A DNA stretch of 40,455 bases from Spirochaetaceae bacterium (GCA_003552185.1 PUOW01000218.1:1-40455); one strand, 5' to 3'; numbered from the stretch's first letter, positions 16,942 through 26,439 are shown. The notes: generated by a model from the sequence alone, not told the origin. Numbers and translations are program-made.

Positions 16942-17009
16942 TTACCACTCCTTGGGGTATACCGCACCTATATCAAGGTTTGTATTCGAATGCCGGTAGT
17001 AGAGCGCTC

Positions 17010-17038
17010 ACTGTAGTTGAGATCGCAAAAACTGTCAA
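17010..17038 (-). promoter_or_regulatory. Sigma70 promoter of rpsD
   Basis: TTGACA(17038-17033)-17-TACAGT(17015-17010). Confidence 0.8.
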
Positions 17039-17195
17039 GATTGCTGAGCATCACCGTTGTGCACCACCGTTGCGCGCCACCGCACGAGCCGATCGGTCGG
17101 CAGCGCCGGCAACACCGCCCGCGGTGCGGCCGAGCTGCGGCCGATACCGCGCCCGGCGCTGCGGAGCAACGCTGCAGCCGGCGCCGAGGCCGGCG

Positions 17196-19022
17196 CTACT
17201 CGTCGCTGTGCGCGCCTTTGCCGAACAGTTCCTTCAACCGCCCGATCACGCCTCCCCGACGCTTCGAGGCGCTATCTCGGCCTGCCGGCACCGTCTCACC
17301 GGCGTTCTGCCGGCCGGCGGCTTTCTCGGGCGCGCCGGTTTTCTTGGGGGCCGGGGCCGCGCCGCCCCTCTCGCCCCGAGCGCCGTCGGCGGCATGAGTC
17401 TTGTTCGCGGAAGTCTCCGGCGACGCATGCCGGCCGGACCCACCCCGGCGGCGCCCACCGCGCTTTCGGCGTTTTGAACGCCCACCGGTGTCTCCTCCGG
17501 AACCAGGCTCTTTCTCTCCACCGCCGCCGGCGACGGCGCCGCTCTCGGCGGCCGGTCCGTCGACCGGTTGAAAATCCTCGCCGTACTTCTCACGGTATCG
17601 TCTCAGCCGTTCCTCAAGCGAGGTATCGGCCGGAATTCGCTTCTCGGTACCGGCAAACTCGTCGTGCTTCGCACGAGCGCCGGACTTGCGCCCGGAGCCG
17701 CCGGCACCGCCGTCGGCGCGCCGCCCGTGACTCGGCGCACCGGGCGCCTGAGCGTGCTCGGCCGACGGCCGGCGCGAGCCTCGTCCCCGGCGCGGGCCGC
17801 CGTCGGGTTTCCGTCCATCGCGCCCGTCTCGCCCCGGTCGCTTATCGGCGCGTCTGTCTCGGTCGTGCGGACGCCGCCGGCTGTGATCGGTAGCAAGCAT
17901 CTCGTCCGCGACCTGCTCGGAAGCGATCTTCATGCCGATGTAGCTTTCGATCGCTTCGAGCCCGTACACAAACCGTTCGCACGCGAGCGAGATCGCTTTG
18001 CCGCTCTTCCCGACACGCGCGGTGCGTCCGATGCGGTGCACGTAGTTCTCGGCGTCTTCCGGCAGGTCGTAGTTCACAACCAGCGGCAGGTCCTCGATGT
18101 GCAAGCCGCGCGCCGCGACGTCGGTCGCGACCAAGATCCGAACCTCACCGGCTTTGAAACGGTCGATAGTTTTGAGGCGCTTGGTCTGCGGTAGATCGCC
18201 GATCAGGTACTCGCTGTCGTACCCGTTGTCGCGCAGCCGGTCGGAGATGCTGGTGCAGCCTCGTCGCGTGTTACAGAAGATCAACGCGCCTTCAGGTTGC
18301 TCTCGCTCGAGCAGCCCGAGTAACAGCGGAAACTTCTCGTCCTGTGCAACGTGGTACAAGCGCTGATCGATCGCCTGCACCGTGATGTGCTCGGGCTCAA
18401 CCTCGATCTCAACCGGGTCGTTCATGAACTTCCAAGAGATGTTCAATACGTTTTGGCTGAGCGTTGCGCTAAACAACAGGGTGAGACGCTCTTCGCGCGG
18501 ACCGGTGCGCCGAAAAATGCGCTGGATATCGGGGTAGAACCCCATGTCGAACAGCCGATCAGCCTCGTCGATCACCACGATACCGACCGACCCGAGATCA
18601 AGCTTATGACTCGAGCTGAAGTCCAGCAAACGACCGGGCGTACCGATGATCAGGTCGACACCGCGTTCGAGCTTCCGTTCCTGGTCTACATACCCCGCTC
18701 CGCCGTAGAAGCACCCGGTTCGAATGCCGAGATGAGCGCCGAGTATCTTGGCGTCGTGCTCGATCTGCACCGCCAACTCACGCGTAGGGGCGACCACCAA
18801 GGCCGGACTGTTGCGAAACCGCTCGGACTGTGCTTTCAGCTGAAAGATTGTGGTGAGGTACGCCGCGGTCTTTCCGGTACCGGTCTGCGACTGAACGGTG
18901 ACGTCGCGTTCCTGCAGCGTACGTTTAAGCGTCTCGGCCTGCACCTCGGTGCACTCGGTGAAGCCGGCGTCACGGATGCCTGCTAAGACATCATCAGATA
19001 AGTTAAACTCTTCAAATCTCAT
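17196..19022 (-). CDS. DEAD-box RNA helicase with a long low-complexity C-terminal tail
   Basis: Q motif, QTGTGKT, PTRELA, TPGRLLD, DEADR, FSAT, ARGLH, HRIGRTAR; about 230 aa Arg/Gly/Ala-rich tail. Confidence 0.96.
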   Translation of the reverse strand: MRFEEFNLSDDVLAGIRDAGFTECTEVQAETLKRTLQERDVTVQSQTGTGKTAAYLTTIFQLKAQSERFRNSPALVVAPTRELAVQIEHDAKILGAHLGIRTGCFYGGAGYVDQERKLERGVDLIIGTPGRLLDFSSSHKLDLGSVGIVVIDEADRLFDMGFYPDIQRIFRRTGPREERLTLLFSATLSQNVLNISWKFMNDPVEIEVEPEHITVQAIDQRLYHVAQDEKFPLLLGLLEREQPEGALIFCNTRRGCTSISDRLRDNGYDSEYLIGDLPQTKRLKTIDRFKAGEVRILVATDVAARGLHIEDLPLVVNYDLPEDAENYVHRIGRTARVGKSGKAISLACERFVYGLEAIESYIGMKIASEQVADEMLATDHSRRRPHDRDRRADKRPGRDGRDGRKPDGGPRRGRGSRRPSAEHAQAPGAPSHGRRADGGAGGSGRKSGARAKHDEFAGTEKRIPADTSLEERLRRYREKYGEDFQPVDGPAAESGAVAGGGGEKEPGSGGDTGGRSKRRKRGGRRRGGSGRHASPETSANKTHAADGARGERGGAAPAPKKTGAPEKAAGRQNAGETVPAGRDSASKRRGGVIGRLKELFGKGAHSDE

Positions 19023-19043
19023 AGTCGATAGTTGGGGATTGGA

Positions 19044-19706
19044 TTACTCAAGGCCGCGCTCAATAATGTCTTCGAGCGACAGCTCGGAGTAATCGGTCAT
19101 GCAGAGCGACGCATTCGGGAGCCGGGCAGGATCACCGACGCCGACCGCCTGCATCCCGGCATTATGAGCAGCCTCGATACCGCTGTACGCATCCTCGAAA
19201 ACGACGCAGCGCGACGGCTCTACCCCGAACCGTTCGGCCGCGGTGAGAAACACCTGCGGATCAGGTTTGGAACGCGTGATGTCGTTACCGGTGACCACGG
19301 CGTCGAAGAGATGCGCGAGACGCAACGCCTCGAGCACCGCCTCGGCGTTCTTACTCGCCGAGGCGAGCGCGGTTTTCATACCGAGCTCGCGGACGCGCTC
19401 TACAAACTCAACCGCACCGGGATAGAGGTCGTCTTCATTGATATCGCGCAAGAAGGCCTTGTAATACTCGTTCTTGATATCGGCGAGGCGATGCTTCTCG
19501 TCCTCGGACACCGTAACACCGTTATGCTCGAGGATAACCTCGAGCGCCGGGATACGCGAAACTCCGCGAAGCTGATGCCCAATTGTCTCGTCTAGATGCC
19601 AACCCTGGGTATCGGCCAGCCTCTTCCAGCCGAGGTAGTGATATTTGTCGGTGAATACCACCACCCCGTCGAGATCAAAAATGAAGCCCTGTAAGCGCTG
19701 CGACAT
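19044..19706 (-). CDS. pgmB: Beta-phosphoglucomutase (HAD superfamily)
   Basis: IFDLDGV, HYLGWK, LRGVSR, KNEYY, ASASKNA, KPDPQVF, VFEDA.SG. Confidence 0.9.
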   Translation of the reverse strand: MSQRLQGFIFDLDGVVVFTDKYHYLGWKRLADTQGWHLDETIGHQLRGVSRIPALEVILEHNGVTVSEDEKHRLADIKNEYYKAFLRDINEDDLYPGAVEFVERVRELGMKTALASASKNAEAVLEALRLAHLFDAVVTGNDITRSKPDPQVFLTAAERFGVEPSRCVVFEDAYSGIEAAHNAGMQAVGVGDPARLPNASLCMTDYSELSLEDIIERGLE

Positions 19707-19712
19707 GCGGGC

Positions 19713-19741
19713 AGTGTAAAGCAATGTCTTAAACTGTACAA
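19713..19741 (-). promoter_or_regulatory. Sigma70 promoter probably yielding a leaderless pgmB mRNA
   Basis: TTGTAC-17-TACACT-6 nt-ATG(19706), no SD. Confidence 0.55.
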
Positions 19742-19797
19742 CTACGCCGCCCGAAGCTGCCACAAAAGCTGCTTCATTCGATTACTTCATTCGAACG

Positions 19798-20754
19798 TCA
19801 GTCGGATTGCTCGGCGAGCCAGCGCTCCGCCTCTATTGCCGCCATGCAGCCGGAACCGGCGGCGGTGACGGCCTGCCGAAAGACGTGATCCTTGACATCG
19901 CCGGCCGCGAACACGCCCTCCACCGAGGTTCGAGTGGAGTCCGGTTCGGTGATCAGATAGCCCACCTCATCGCTCTCGAGCTGGCCTTCGAGAAACGCGG
20001 TATTCGGTTGGTGCCCGATCGCGAAAAACAAGCCGCCGGCCGTGATGTCGCGCTGCTCACCGCTGTGCTTGTCCTTCACTCGCACACCGCTCACGAGCTC
20101 GTCGCCGAGCACCTCCACCGGCAGCGTGTTCCAATGCACCGTTATTTTGTCGTTGTCTTGAACGCGCTGCTGCATAATGCGCGAAGCGCGCATCTGATCG
20201 CGACGGACCAGCATATGAACCTCACTACCGAACTTTGAAAGATACAGCGCCTCTTCGCAGGCCGAGTCGCCACCGCCGATAACCACAAGCGGCTTGTTTC
20301 GAAAGAGCGGAAGCGCGCCGTCACAGATCGCGCACGCGGAGATGCCTTTCTGCCACAAGCGCGAGACGCCGGGTAGATCGAGCGTCTTGGCGGTTGCGCC
20401 GGTTGCGATAATCACGCTCCTGGCCTGCACCTCGTCTCCGGACTCGGTCCGGATCCGGAACGGTCGCCGCGAGAGGTCGACCTGTGCTACGGTCTCGGTC
20501 TTGATTCGCGTCCCGAAGCGTTTCGACTGCTTACGCATCTCGTCCATGAGCTGCGGGCCCTGAATTCCCTCGGGAAACCCGGGGTAGTTCTCAACATCGG
20601 TTGTAGTGGTTAGCTGGCCGCCGGCGGCGACGTTTCCCGCCATAAAGCCTTCGTACATCAGCGGTTCGAGGTCGGCGCGTGCCGCATATACCGCCGCGGT
20701 GTGCCCGGCCGGACCGGAGCCGATGATAATCACGTTCTCAATTGTGTTCGACAT
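19798..20754 (-). CDS. trxB: Thioredoxin-disulfide reductase
   Basis: [12 protein letters not shown]...[39 protein letters not shown]. Confidence 0.98.
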   Translation of the reverse strand: MSNTIENVIIIGSGPAGHTAAVYAARADLEPLMYEGFMAGNVAAGGQLTTTTDVENYPGFPEGIQGPQLMDEMRKQSKRFGTRIKTETVAQVDLSRRPFRIRTESGDEVQARSVIIATGATAKTLDLPGVSRLWQKGISACAICDGALPLFRNKPLVVIGGGDSACEEALYLSKFGSEVHMLVRRDQMRASRIMQQRVQDNDKITVHWNTLPVEVLGDELVSGVRVKDKHSGEQRDITAGGLFFAIGHQPNTAFLEGQLESDEVGYLITEPDSTRTSVEGVFAAGDVKDHVFRQAVTAAGSGCMAAIEAERWLAEQSD

Positions 20755-20791
20755 GCGTAGTTCTCCCAACGATGTGTGTCTATATAGCTAT

Positions 20792-20820
20792 AATTTAATA
20801 TAAGACCGCGCCGCCGTCAA
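20792..20820 (-). promoter_or_regulatory. Sigma70 promoter of trxB
   Basis: TTGACG-17-TAAATT followed by an AT-rich leader and GGAGAA RBS. Confidence 0.7.
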
Positions 20821-20925
20821 ATGCCGCGGCCGGCCCGTAGTGCGGCTCATGATACCCACAACCTCCACCGCTCGGCAAGCTGCACCCGGCCTTGCGCGGC
20901 CTTGCCCCTCGCGCCTCGAGTTACG

Positions 20926-20961
20926 GCGGACGCGCGTGGAGCGGACGCGCGTGGAGCGGAC
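20926..20961 (+). repeat. 15-bp tandem repeat GCGGACGCGCGTGGA x2.4
   Basis: Units 20926-20940 and 20941-20955, partial to 20961. Confidence 0.85.
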
Positions 20962-20977
20962 AGCGAACAGCCACGAT

Positions 20978-21006
20978 TTGACCTTTCCGATCGCCGGCAG
21001 TATGCT
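20978..21006 (+). promoter_or_regulatory. Sigma70 promoter of the small acidic protein gene
   Basis: TTGACC(20978-20983)-17-TATGCT(21001-21006); AGGAGG at 21016-21021. Confidence 0.75.
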
Positions 21007-21026
21007 AGGGGTATCAGGAGGGTGAT

Positions 21027-21191
21027 ATGGACGTAGCACGAATAGATGCTTCGCTGCCTCCTCTCGAGTATAGCGTCCCGGGCAGTGAGACGCAGCAAGA
21101 ACCGGCGGAAACCGAGGCGCAGGTTGCCGAGCAACCGGCCGAACCCGCCGAAGACCCGGCCCGCGGGCAAAACGTCGACACCGAAGCCTGA
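21027..21191 (+). CDS. Small acidic protein, 54 aa, not in the ORF track; C-terminal GQNVDTEA motif (YjfB-like)
   Basis: Hand translation: MDVARIDASLPPLEYSVPGSETQQEPAETEAQVAEQPAEPAEDPARGQNVDTEA*, with promoter and RBS. Confidence 0.8.
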   Translation: MDVARIDASLPPLEYSVPGSETQQEPAETEAQVAEQPAEPAEDPARGQNVDTEA

Positions 21192-21287
21192 GATAGCCGG
21201 CGCGGAAGCGATAGACGGCCACTTGAACCCGGCTGCCCAGATGCCGCCGTTTAAGGACTGCGCCGCGCCAATCAGCCGCTGCGCCAA

Positions 21288-22067
21288 TCAGCCGCCGCGC
21301 GCGTCGTAGAAACGCGACTGAACTCGACCGATCACGAAATCGAGGCTGAACGCCAAGAACGCCGCGCTGATCGCTCCCGAGAATACGTACGCGGAGTTGT
21401 CGCGCACCAAGCCCGAGACGATGATCGTACCGAGCCCTCCGGCACCGACAACCGCACCTACCGTGGCGGTGCCCACATTGATCACGACCGATGTGCGCAC
21501 CCCGGCTGCGATGACACGCGCAGCCAGCGGAAGCTCGGTCAATAGCAGAATCTGACAGCGCTTCATACCCACCCCACGCGAAGCCTCAACTGCCGCCGGA
21601 TCAACCGAGTCCAGCCCTGAGATTGTGTTGTTCAGTATCGGGAGAATGCTGTACACAAACAGCGCGACGATTGAAGGAGCAAACCCGAACCCAATCGCCG
21701 GCACCGCGAGCGCAAGCACCGCGACCGGAGGAAAGGTTTGCGCCACCGAGCTCACATCCTGCACTATGGGGTGAAAATCGCGCCCGATCGGGCGCGTTAC
21801 GAACACCCCAAGCGTAATGCCGACCACCGCTGCGAGCGTGCTCGAGATCGCTACCAACGCAACATGTTGGCCGAACAGGCGCGCCAAGCTCACCCGCTCG
21901 TAGATATAACTGAACCGGCCCGGAAACAGCAGCTGCAACAACATCTCGCGAGCGGCCTCGTTCCAGACAAACACAACAAACGCCGCCGCAAACGCCGTCG
22001 GAAGAACCGCCGAGCGCAGAACCGCCGGCGCGGACAGATCGCGCGAGACACTCGAACTCACACTCAC
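21288..22067 (-). CDS. yehW: Osmoprotectant ABC transporter permease (YehW-like)
   Basis: QTFPPVAVLALAVP.IGFG, EASRGVGM, ELPLA, GAGGLG. Confidence 0.9.
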   Translation of the reverse strand: MSVSSSVSRDLSAPAVLRSAVLPTAFAAAFVVFVWNEAAREMLLQLLFPGRFSYIYERVSLARLFGQHVALVAISSTLAAVVGITLGVFVTRPIGRDFHPIVQDVSSVAQTFPPVAVLALAVPAIGFGFAPSIVALFVYSILPILNNTISGLDSVDPAAVEASRGVGMKRCQILLLTELPLAARVIAAGVRTSVVINVGTATVGAVVGAGGLGTIIVSGLVRDNSAYVFSGAISAAFLAFSLDFVIGRVQSRFYDARGG

Positions 22068-23173
22068 CGCGCGATGCCCTTCTGATTGAGTTCTTCAATA
22101 TCGCTGAGACGAACCTCTCCCAGCAGCGTGCCGTGCTCATCGACAACCGGCGCGGCGCGCAACCCTTGCCCGAGAATACGCGACAAGGCTTCGCGCAACG
22201 AGGCCGGCGGGTGCACGCCCACCTCTTCGGGGTGCAGCGTCACGTACGGCCGGTAGGCAAGCCGTGAGTCGTGGTCGGGATCGGGCTCGAGCATACCGAC
22301 GAGCGCATTATGGTCGTCGGTAACCCAGAGCACCGGATGTTCACGGCCATCGCCGTTGGGCTCACGTCCACGATCCTCGGCCTCGCGCCGCGAAACCGTG
22401 TTCGCGATCTGCATATGCTCGGCAACCTCGAAGCAGGCCAGTCGCTTGAGCGCGCGGTCGGTCCCGACGAAGCGGCGCACGAACTCGTCGGCCGGGTTCG
22501 CGAGAATCTCGGCCGGCGCTCCGCGCTGCACGATCCCGCCTTCTCTCATGATCACGATGGTATCCCCGAGCCGTATGGCTTCGTCGAGGTCGTGCGTGAC
22601 GAACACCACCGTCTTTCGCAACTTGCGCTGCAGCGCAGCAAACTCGAGCTGAAGAACCTCCCGGTTAAGCGGATCAACCGCGCCGAACGGCTCATCCATC
22701 AACAGAACCGGAGGATCCGCCGCTAAGGCCCGCGCAACGCCGATTCGCTGCGCTTCGCCCCCGGAGAGCTGGGCCGGGTATTTCTCGCGATACCGTTCCG
22801 GCTCGAGCCCGATAAGATCAAGAAGCTCGTCGGTGCGGCGTTCACGACGCGGGCGCTCCCATTTCAGGAGGCGCGGAACGATACCGATGTTCTCGGCGAC
22901 ACTCATGTGCGGGAACAGCCCCACACTCTGGATGACGTACCCGATTCCCCGTCGCAGCTCCTCCGGCGGAATGCTCGCGACCGAGCGGTCCTCGAGCAGG
23001 ATCTCGCCTGCGGTAGGTTCGAGCATCCGATTGACCAACTTAAGACTCGTGGTCTTCCCACAGCCCGAAGGGCCGATCAAGACGCAAACCTCGCCCTCGG
23101 GGATGGTAAACGACACATGATTCACCGCGAGTTGCGCACCGTAGCGCTTCACCACATCACGAAACTCGATCAT
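22064..23173 (-). CDS. yehX: Osmoprotectant ABC transporter ATP-binding protein (YehX/OpuCA-like) with a degenerate CBS tail
   Basis: GPSGCGKTT, GYVIQSVGLFPH, LSGGEAQR, MDEPFGA, FVTHD. Confidence 0.93.
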   Translation of the reverse strand: MIEFRDVVKRYGAQLAVNHVSFTIPEGEVCVLIGPSGCGKTTSLKLVNRMLEPTAGEILLEDRSVASIPPEELRRGIGYVIQSVGLFPHMSVAENIGIVPRLLKWERPRRERRTDELLDLIGLEPERYREKYPAQLSGGEAQRIGVARALAADPPVLLMDEPFGAVDPLNREVLQLEFAALQRKLRKTVVFVTHDLDEAIRLGDTIVIMREGGIVQRGAPAEILANPADEFVRRFVGTDRALKRLACFEVAEHMQIANTVSRREAEDRGREPNGDGREHPVLWVTDDHNALVGMLEPDPDHDSRLAYRPYVTLHPEEVGVHPPASLREALSRILGQGLRAAPVVDEHGTLLGEVRLSDIEELNQKGIAR

Positions 23174-24357
23174 GACGGCGCCTCCTTGAGCCCCTGAGGC
23201 GTCAAGGCCCTGATAACGACCGCTAGTCCGCGGTCCACAAACACCGAGAGTAACACGATCGGGATGACGCCCATCACGACAAGGTCGGGCGCCCCCTGTC
23301 CGAGCCCCTGGAACACAAACGCCCCAAGCCCCCCGGCGCCGATCAACGCCGCGACCGCGGTGTTGCCGACCGCCTGCACCGTCGAGACTCTGATGCCGCT
23401 GAGAATAATGGGAACCGCGATAGGAACCTCGATGTATCGAAACATCTGCCCGCGGCTCATTCCCATTCCTTTGCCCGCATCGACCACCGAGCCGCGAATC
23501 ACCGCGAGGCTGGTATAGGCGTTGCGAACGATCGGGAGAAGCGCGTACAGCGTTAACGCGATCAGCGCCGGTGCGTTTCCGATTCCACGGATCCCGAGAC
23601 TCCGCAAAACCGGGAACTCTCGCGACAGAAACGCGAGCGGAGCGATCATCAGCCCAAACAACGCCAAACTTGGAATGGTTTGGATACCGTTTATCAGCGC
23701 GAAGACCGGGCGTTCCGCCGTGCGCTTGCGGTACGCGAGCACGCCGAGCGGCACGCCGATGAGCGTAGCCGCGCTCACCGCTGCGCCGGCGAGCCGCACG
23801 TGAGCGCCGAGCTCGCTCGCGAAACGGGCCTCACGGTTGTAGTACTCCTGCACCGGGGCGAGGCTGTCGAGCCGTCCTGCCGCGAGGAGCCCCACCGCCA
23901 CCGCGAGCGGGAGTAGTCCCACCAGCACCTTCAGCGCTTCAGGGGCCTCCGCGCCTCGCAGCGACCCTTGAACGATGATGAACCCGGCGAGCAGGATCAC
24001 CCAGAACCCGGACGAGGGGGTGACACGCCCAAACTCCTCACCCCGTATCGCGAGATCGCCGCCGGCTCCGAGCGTCACTACGAGCGCGATCACCAACACA
24101 AGCCCGGTTGCGATCTTCGCCCACCGTATCGAGCTGCGCTGCGGAGCGAACGCCAGCACCGCCGCCGCTCCCAACCCCGCTGTAATAACGAAAACGCCCC
24201 ACGGCACACCCGCCCCAAACAAGCTCACCGGATCGCCGAGCGCCACCCGGTTCTCTTTGAATGCGTATAACGGCCGAAACAACGCAGCGGCCCCGAGGAC
24301 CGCTGCAAATAAGGTTGTTTTCTCCGGTGTGTCGCGGCCGTCGTCCGGAGTGTTCAC
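23170..24357 (-). CDS. yehY: Osmoprotectant ABC transporter permease (YehY-like)
   Basis: QTIPSLALFGLMIAPL, GIRGIG.APA, DAGKGMGM, ALIGAGGLG. Confidence 0.9.
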   Translation of the reverse strand: MNTPDDGRDTPEKTTLFAAVLGAAALFRPLYAFKENRVALGDPVSLFGAGVPWGVFVITAGLGAAAVLAFAPQRSSIRWAKIATGLVLVIALVVTLGAGGDLAIRGEEFGRVTPSSGFWVILLAGFIIVQGSLRGAEAPEALKVLVGLLPLAVAVGLLAAGRLDSLAPVQEYYNREARFASELGAHVRLAGAAVSAATLIGVPLGVLAYRKRTAERPVFALINGIQTIPSLALFGLMIAPLAFLSREFPVLRSLGIRGIGNAPALIALTLYALLPIVRNAYTSLAVIRGSVVDAGKGMGMSRGQMFRYIEVPIAVPIILSGIRVSTVQAVGNTAVAALIGAGGLGAFVFQGLGQGAPDLVVMGVIPIVLLSVFVDRGLAVVIRALTPQGLKEAPS

Positions 24358-25307
24358 TGAAGAAAGCCTTGTTCGCGCAGGTAATCGCCGGCAACCTGCT
24401 CGGCATCTTGCCCCTCAACCGCGATCTTGGAGTTCAACTCCTGAAGCGTCGTGAGGGTCAAGGTTGCGAAGACCGGGGACAGGATCTCCTCGATCTCGGG
24501 GTAGCTCTCGTGAATATCGGCCCTCAGGATCGGAGCCGGTTCGTAAACCGGCTGCACGCCCCGCGTATCTTCCAACACCACGAGTCCGAGCGCCGCGAGC
24601 TGCCCATCGGTTCCGTAGGCCATCGCCGCGTTCACACCGTCGGTGCCCCGCGCGGCGGCCTGCGCGGTAACCGCGGTGTCGCCCCCGGAGAGCACCAGAA
24701 GCTGATCGCTGTCGAGCGAGAAACCGTACTCATCCTCGAAGGCCGGCAGCGCGTCGTCTCGGCTGACAAACTCCTCGCTCCCGGCGAGGCGGAAGCTGCC
24801 GCCACGCTCGAGGTATGCCGCCAACTCTTCGAGATCGGTGATCCGCTCCTGCTCGGCGAGGTCTTCGCGGATCGCGATGGCCCAGGTGTTGTTAGCCGGA
24901 GCAGGACGGAGCCAAACGATGTTGTTCTCTTCCAGATCGAGGTCGCGAACCGTTTCGTAGGCGGTTTCGGCGTCGCGCCAGACGCCGCTGTCGGTTCCTT
25001 CGAAAAAGAACCCGCCGTTCCCGGTGTATTCGGGGTATATATCGATCTCATCGTTGATGATCGCGCGGCGAATCACATCGGTCGGACCGAACTGCGTGCG
25101 GTCTACAACCTCGAAACCGTCGGCGCGGAGTAGCTGCACGATCATGCTACCGAGAAGCGCACCCTCGGTATCGATCTTTGAGGCGACCACTACCGGTCCC
25201 TTCTCCGGAGCGGGCTCCTCGGCGCCCCCACGCGCGAACAGGCTGCCGGGCAGCAGCACAATCATCAAAACGAGCACCAGCACATACTTTCGTGTTATAG
25301 CCACCAT
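24354..25307 (-). CDS. osmF: Glycine betaine/osmoprotectant ABC substrate-binding protein (OsmF/YehZ)
   Basis: VASKIDTEGALLG, IDIYPEYTGNG, APANNTWAIA, AMAYGTDG, QPVYEPAP; AAGGAG RBS before ATG 25307; signal peptide ending LFARGGAEE. Confidence 0.93.
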   Translation of the reverse strand: MVAITRKYVLVLVLMIVLLPGSLFARGGAEEPAPEKGPVVVASKIDTEGALLGSMIVQLLRADGFEVVDRTQFGPTDVIRRAIINDEIDIYPEYTGNGGFFFEGTDSGVWRDAETAYETVRDLDLEENNIVWLRPAPANNTWAIAIREDLAEQERITDLEELAAYLERGGSFRLAGSEEFVSRDDALPAFEDEYGFSLDSDQLLVLSGGDTAVTAQAAARGTDGVNAAMAYGTDGQLAALGLVVLEDTRGVQPVYEPAPILRADIHESYPEIEEILSPVFATLTLTTLQELNSKIAVEGQDAEQVAGDYLREQGFLQ

Positions 25308-25455
25308 ACCGTTATGTCTCCTTTCCGCAGGTTCCGGCTTCTCGAGTATCGGCCTGGTCTCGCCGGCAGCGGGTCTCATTAAAGGTGCGCTAGATAAGTA
25401 ACGGTCGTCAAGTTTGTGTACACCCATTTCCGTAGTCCTGTAGTTCTGTCGCTCT

Positions 25456-26439
25456 TCAGCCTTCGGCGGTCTCCACAACGGCGTCGCGCTCCGCGATCAG
25501 CTCCGCGATCCGTCGCACCGTATCGTCGTCGAGCTCGAGGTCGGCCGCGCGCACGGTCTCGATGATCTGATCGGGCCGTCGAGCCCCGACGATCGCGGCA
25601 GTGATCGCCGGATTGCGCAGCACCCACGCTATCGCGAGCTGTGCCGGACCGGCTCCCGACTCGCGCGCGATAGCGGCGAGACGCGTAACCAACTCGAGGT
25701 TGGCTTCGAGCACCGGCGAGTTGAACTGCCGATTTCGCTTGCGCCAGTCGCTCTTCGGCAACGACGCAACCCATTCCGGGGTAACTTTGCCGCTGAGAAG
25801 CCCGTTTTGCATCGGACTGTAGCTCAAAACGCCTATGCCTCGCTCGCGACAGTACGGCAGCTGCTCGTTCTCGATCGAGCGCTCGAGCATACTGTAAGGA
25901 GGTTGTAACGCCGAAACCGGATGAATGCTCTCGACCCGTTCGAGCTGAGATCGTGAAAAGTTCGATACCGCGCCGAACCGTATTTTTCCCGCGTGTATCA
26001 ATCCCGCGATCGCTTCCCAGGCCTCCTCGATCCGCTCGTCGGGGATCGGCCAATGAATGTGATAGATGTCTATCGTCTCGAGCCCAACTCGTTTCAGGCT
26101 CGCCTCACACTCTGCGCGTACGCTCTCGGCCGAAAGCTCGTTACGCACCTTGCTGGTACCGGGCTTCCAGACAAGACCACATTTGCTCGAGATAATCGGC
26201 CGGGTGCTCGTCTGCGCGATCGCGCGACCGACAATCTCTTCCGAGTGGCCGAGGCCGTACACCGGCGCGGTATCTATCCAGTTCACACCGCCGTCCAGCG
26301 CGGCGTGTATCGTCGCGATCGAGTCCTTGTCGTCCTGCGGCCCCCACCCGAAAGCATATCCGGCCCCCCCGATCGCCCACGCACCGAGACCCACCACCGA
26401 AAGCTCAAGCCCTGTGTTGCCTAGTGTTCGATATCGCAC
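25456..26439 (-). CDS. Aldo/keto reductase
   Basis: YRTLGNTG, GLGAWAIGG, WIDTAPVYGLGHSE, IDIYHIHWP, LQPPYSML, YSPMQNGLL; GTG 26439 after AAGGAGG. Confidence 0.95.
   Translation of the reverse strand: MRYRTLGNTGLELSVVGLGAWAIGGAGYAFGWGPQDDKDSIATIHAALDGGVNWIDTAPVYGLGHSEEIVGRAIAQTSTRPIISSKCGLVWKPGTSKVRNELSAESVRAECEASLKRVGLETIDIYHIHWPIPDERIEEAWEAIAGLIHAGKIRFGAVSNFSRSQLERVESIHPVSALQPPYSMLERSIENEQLPYCRERGIGVLSYSPMQNGLLSGKVTPEWVASLPKSDWRKRNRQFNSPVLEANLELVTRLAAIARESGAGPAQLAIAWVLRNPAITAAIVGARRPDQIIETVRAADLELDDDTVRRIAELIAERDAVVETAEG

Noticed and set aside
20788-21309. ORF-track calls of 61-146 aa in the trxB-yehW spacer
   Set aside because: Arg/Pro-rich and lacking RBS; the 54-aa ORF 21027-21191 has the promoter and RBS.
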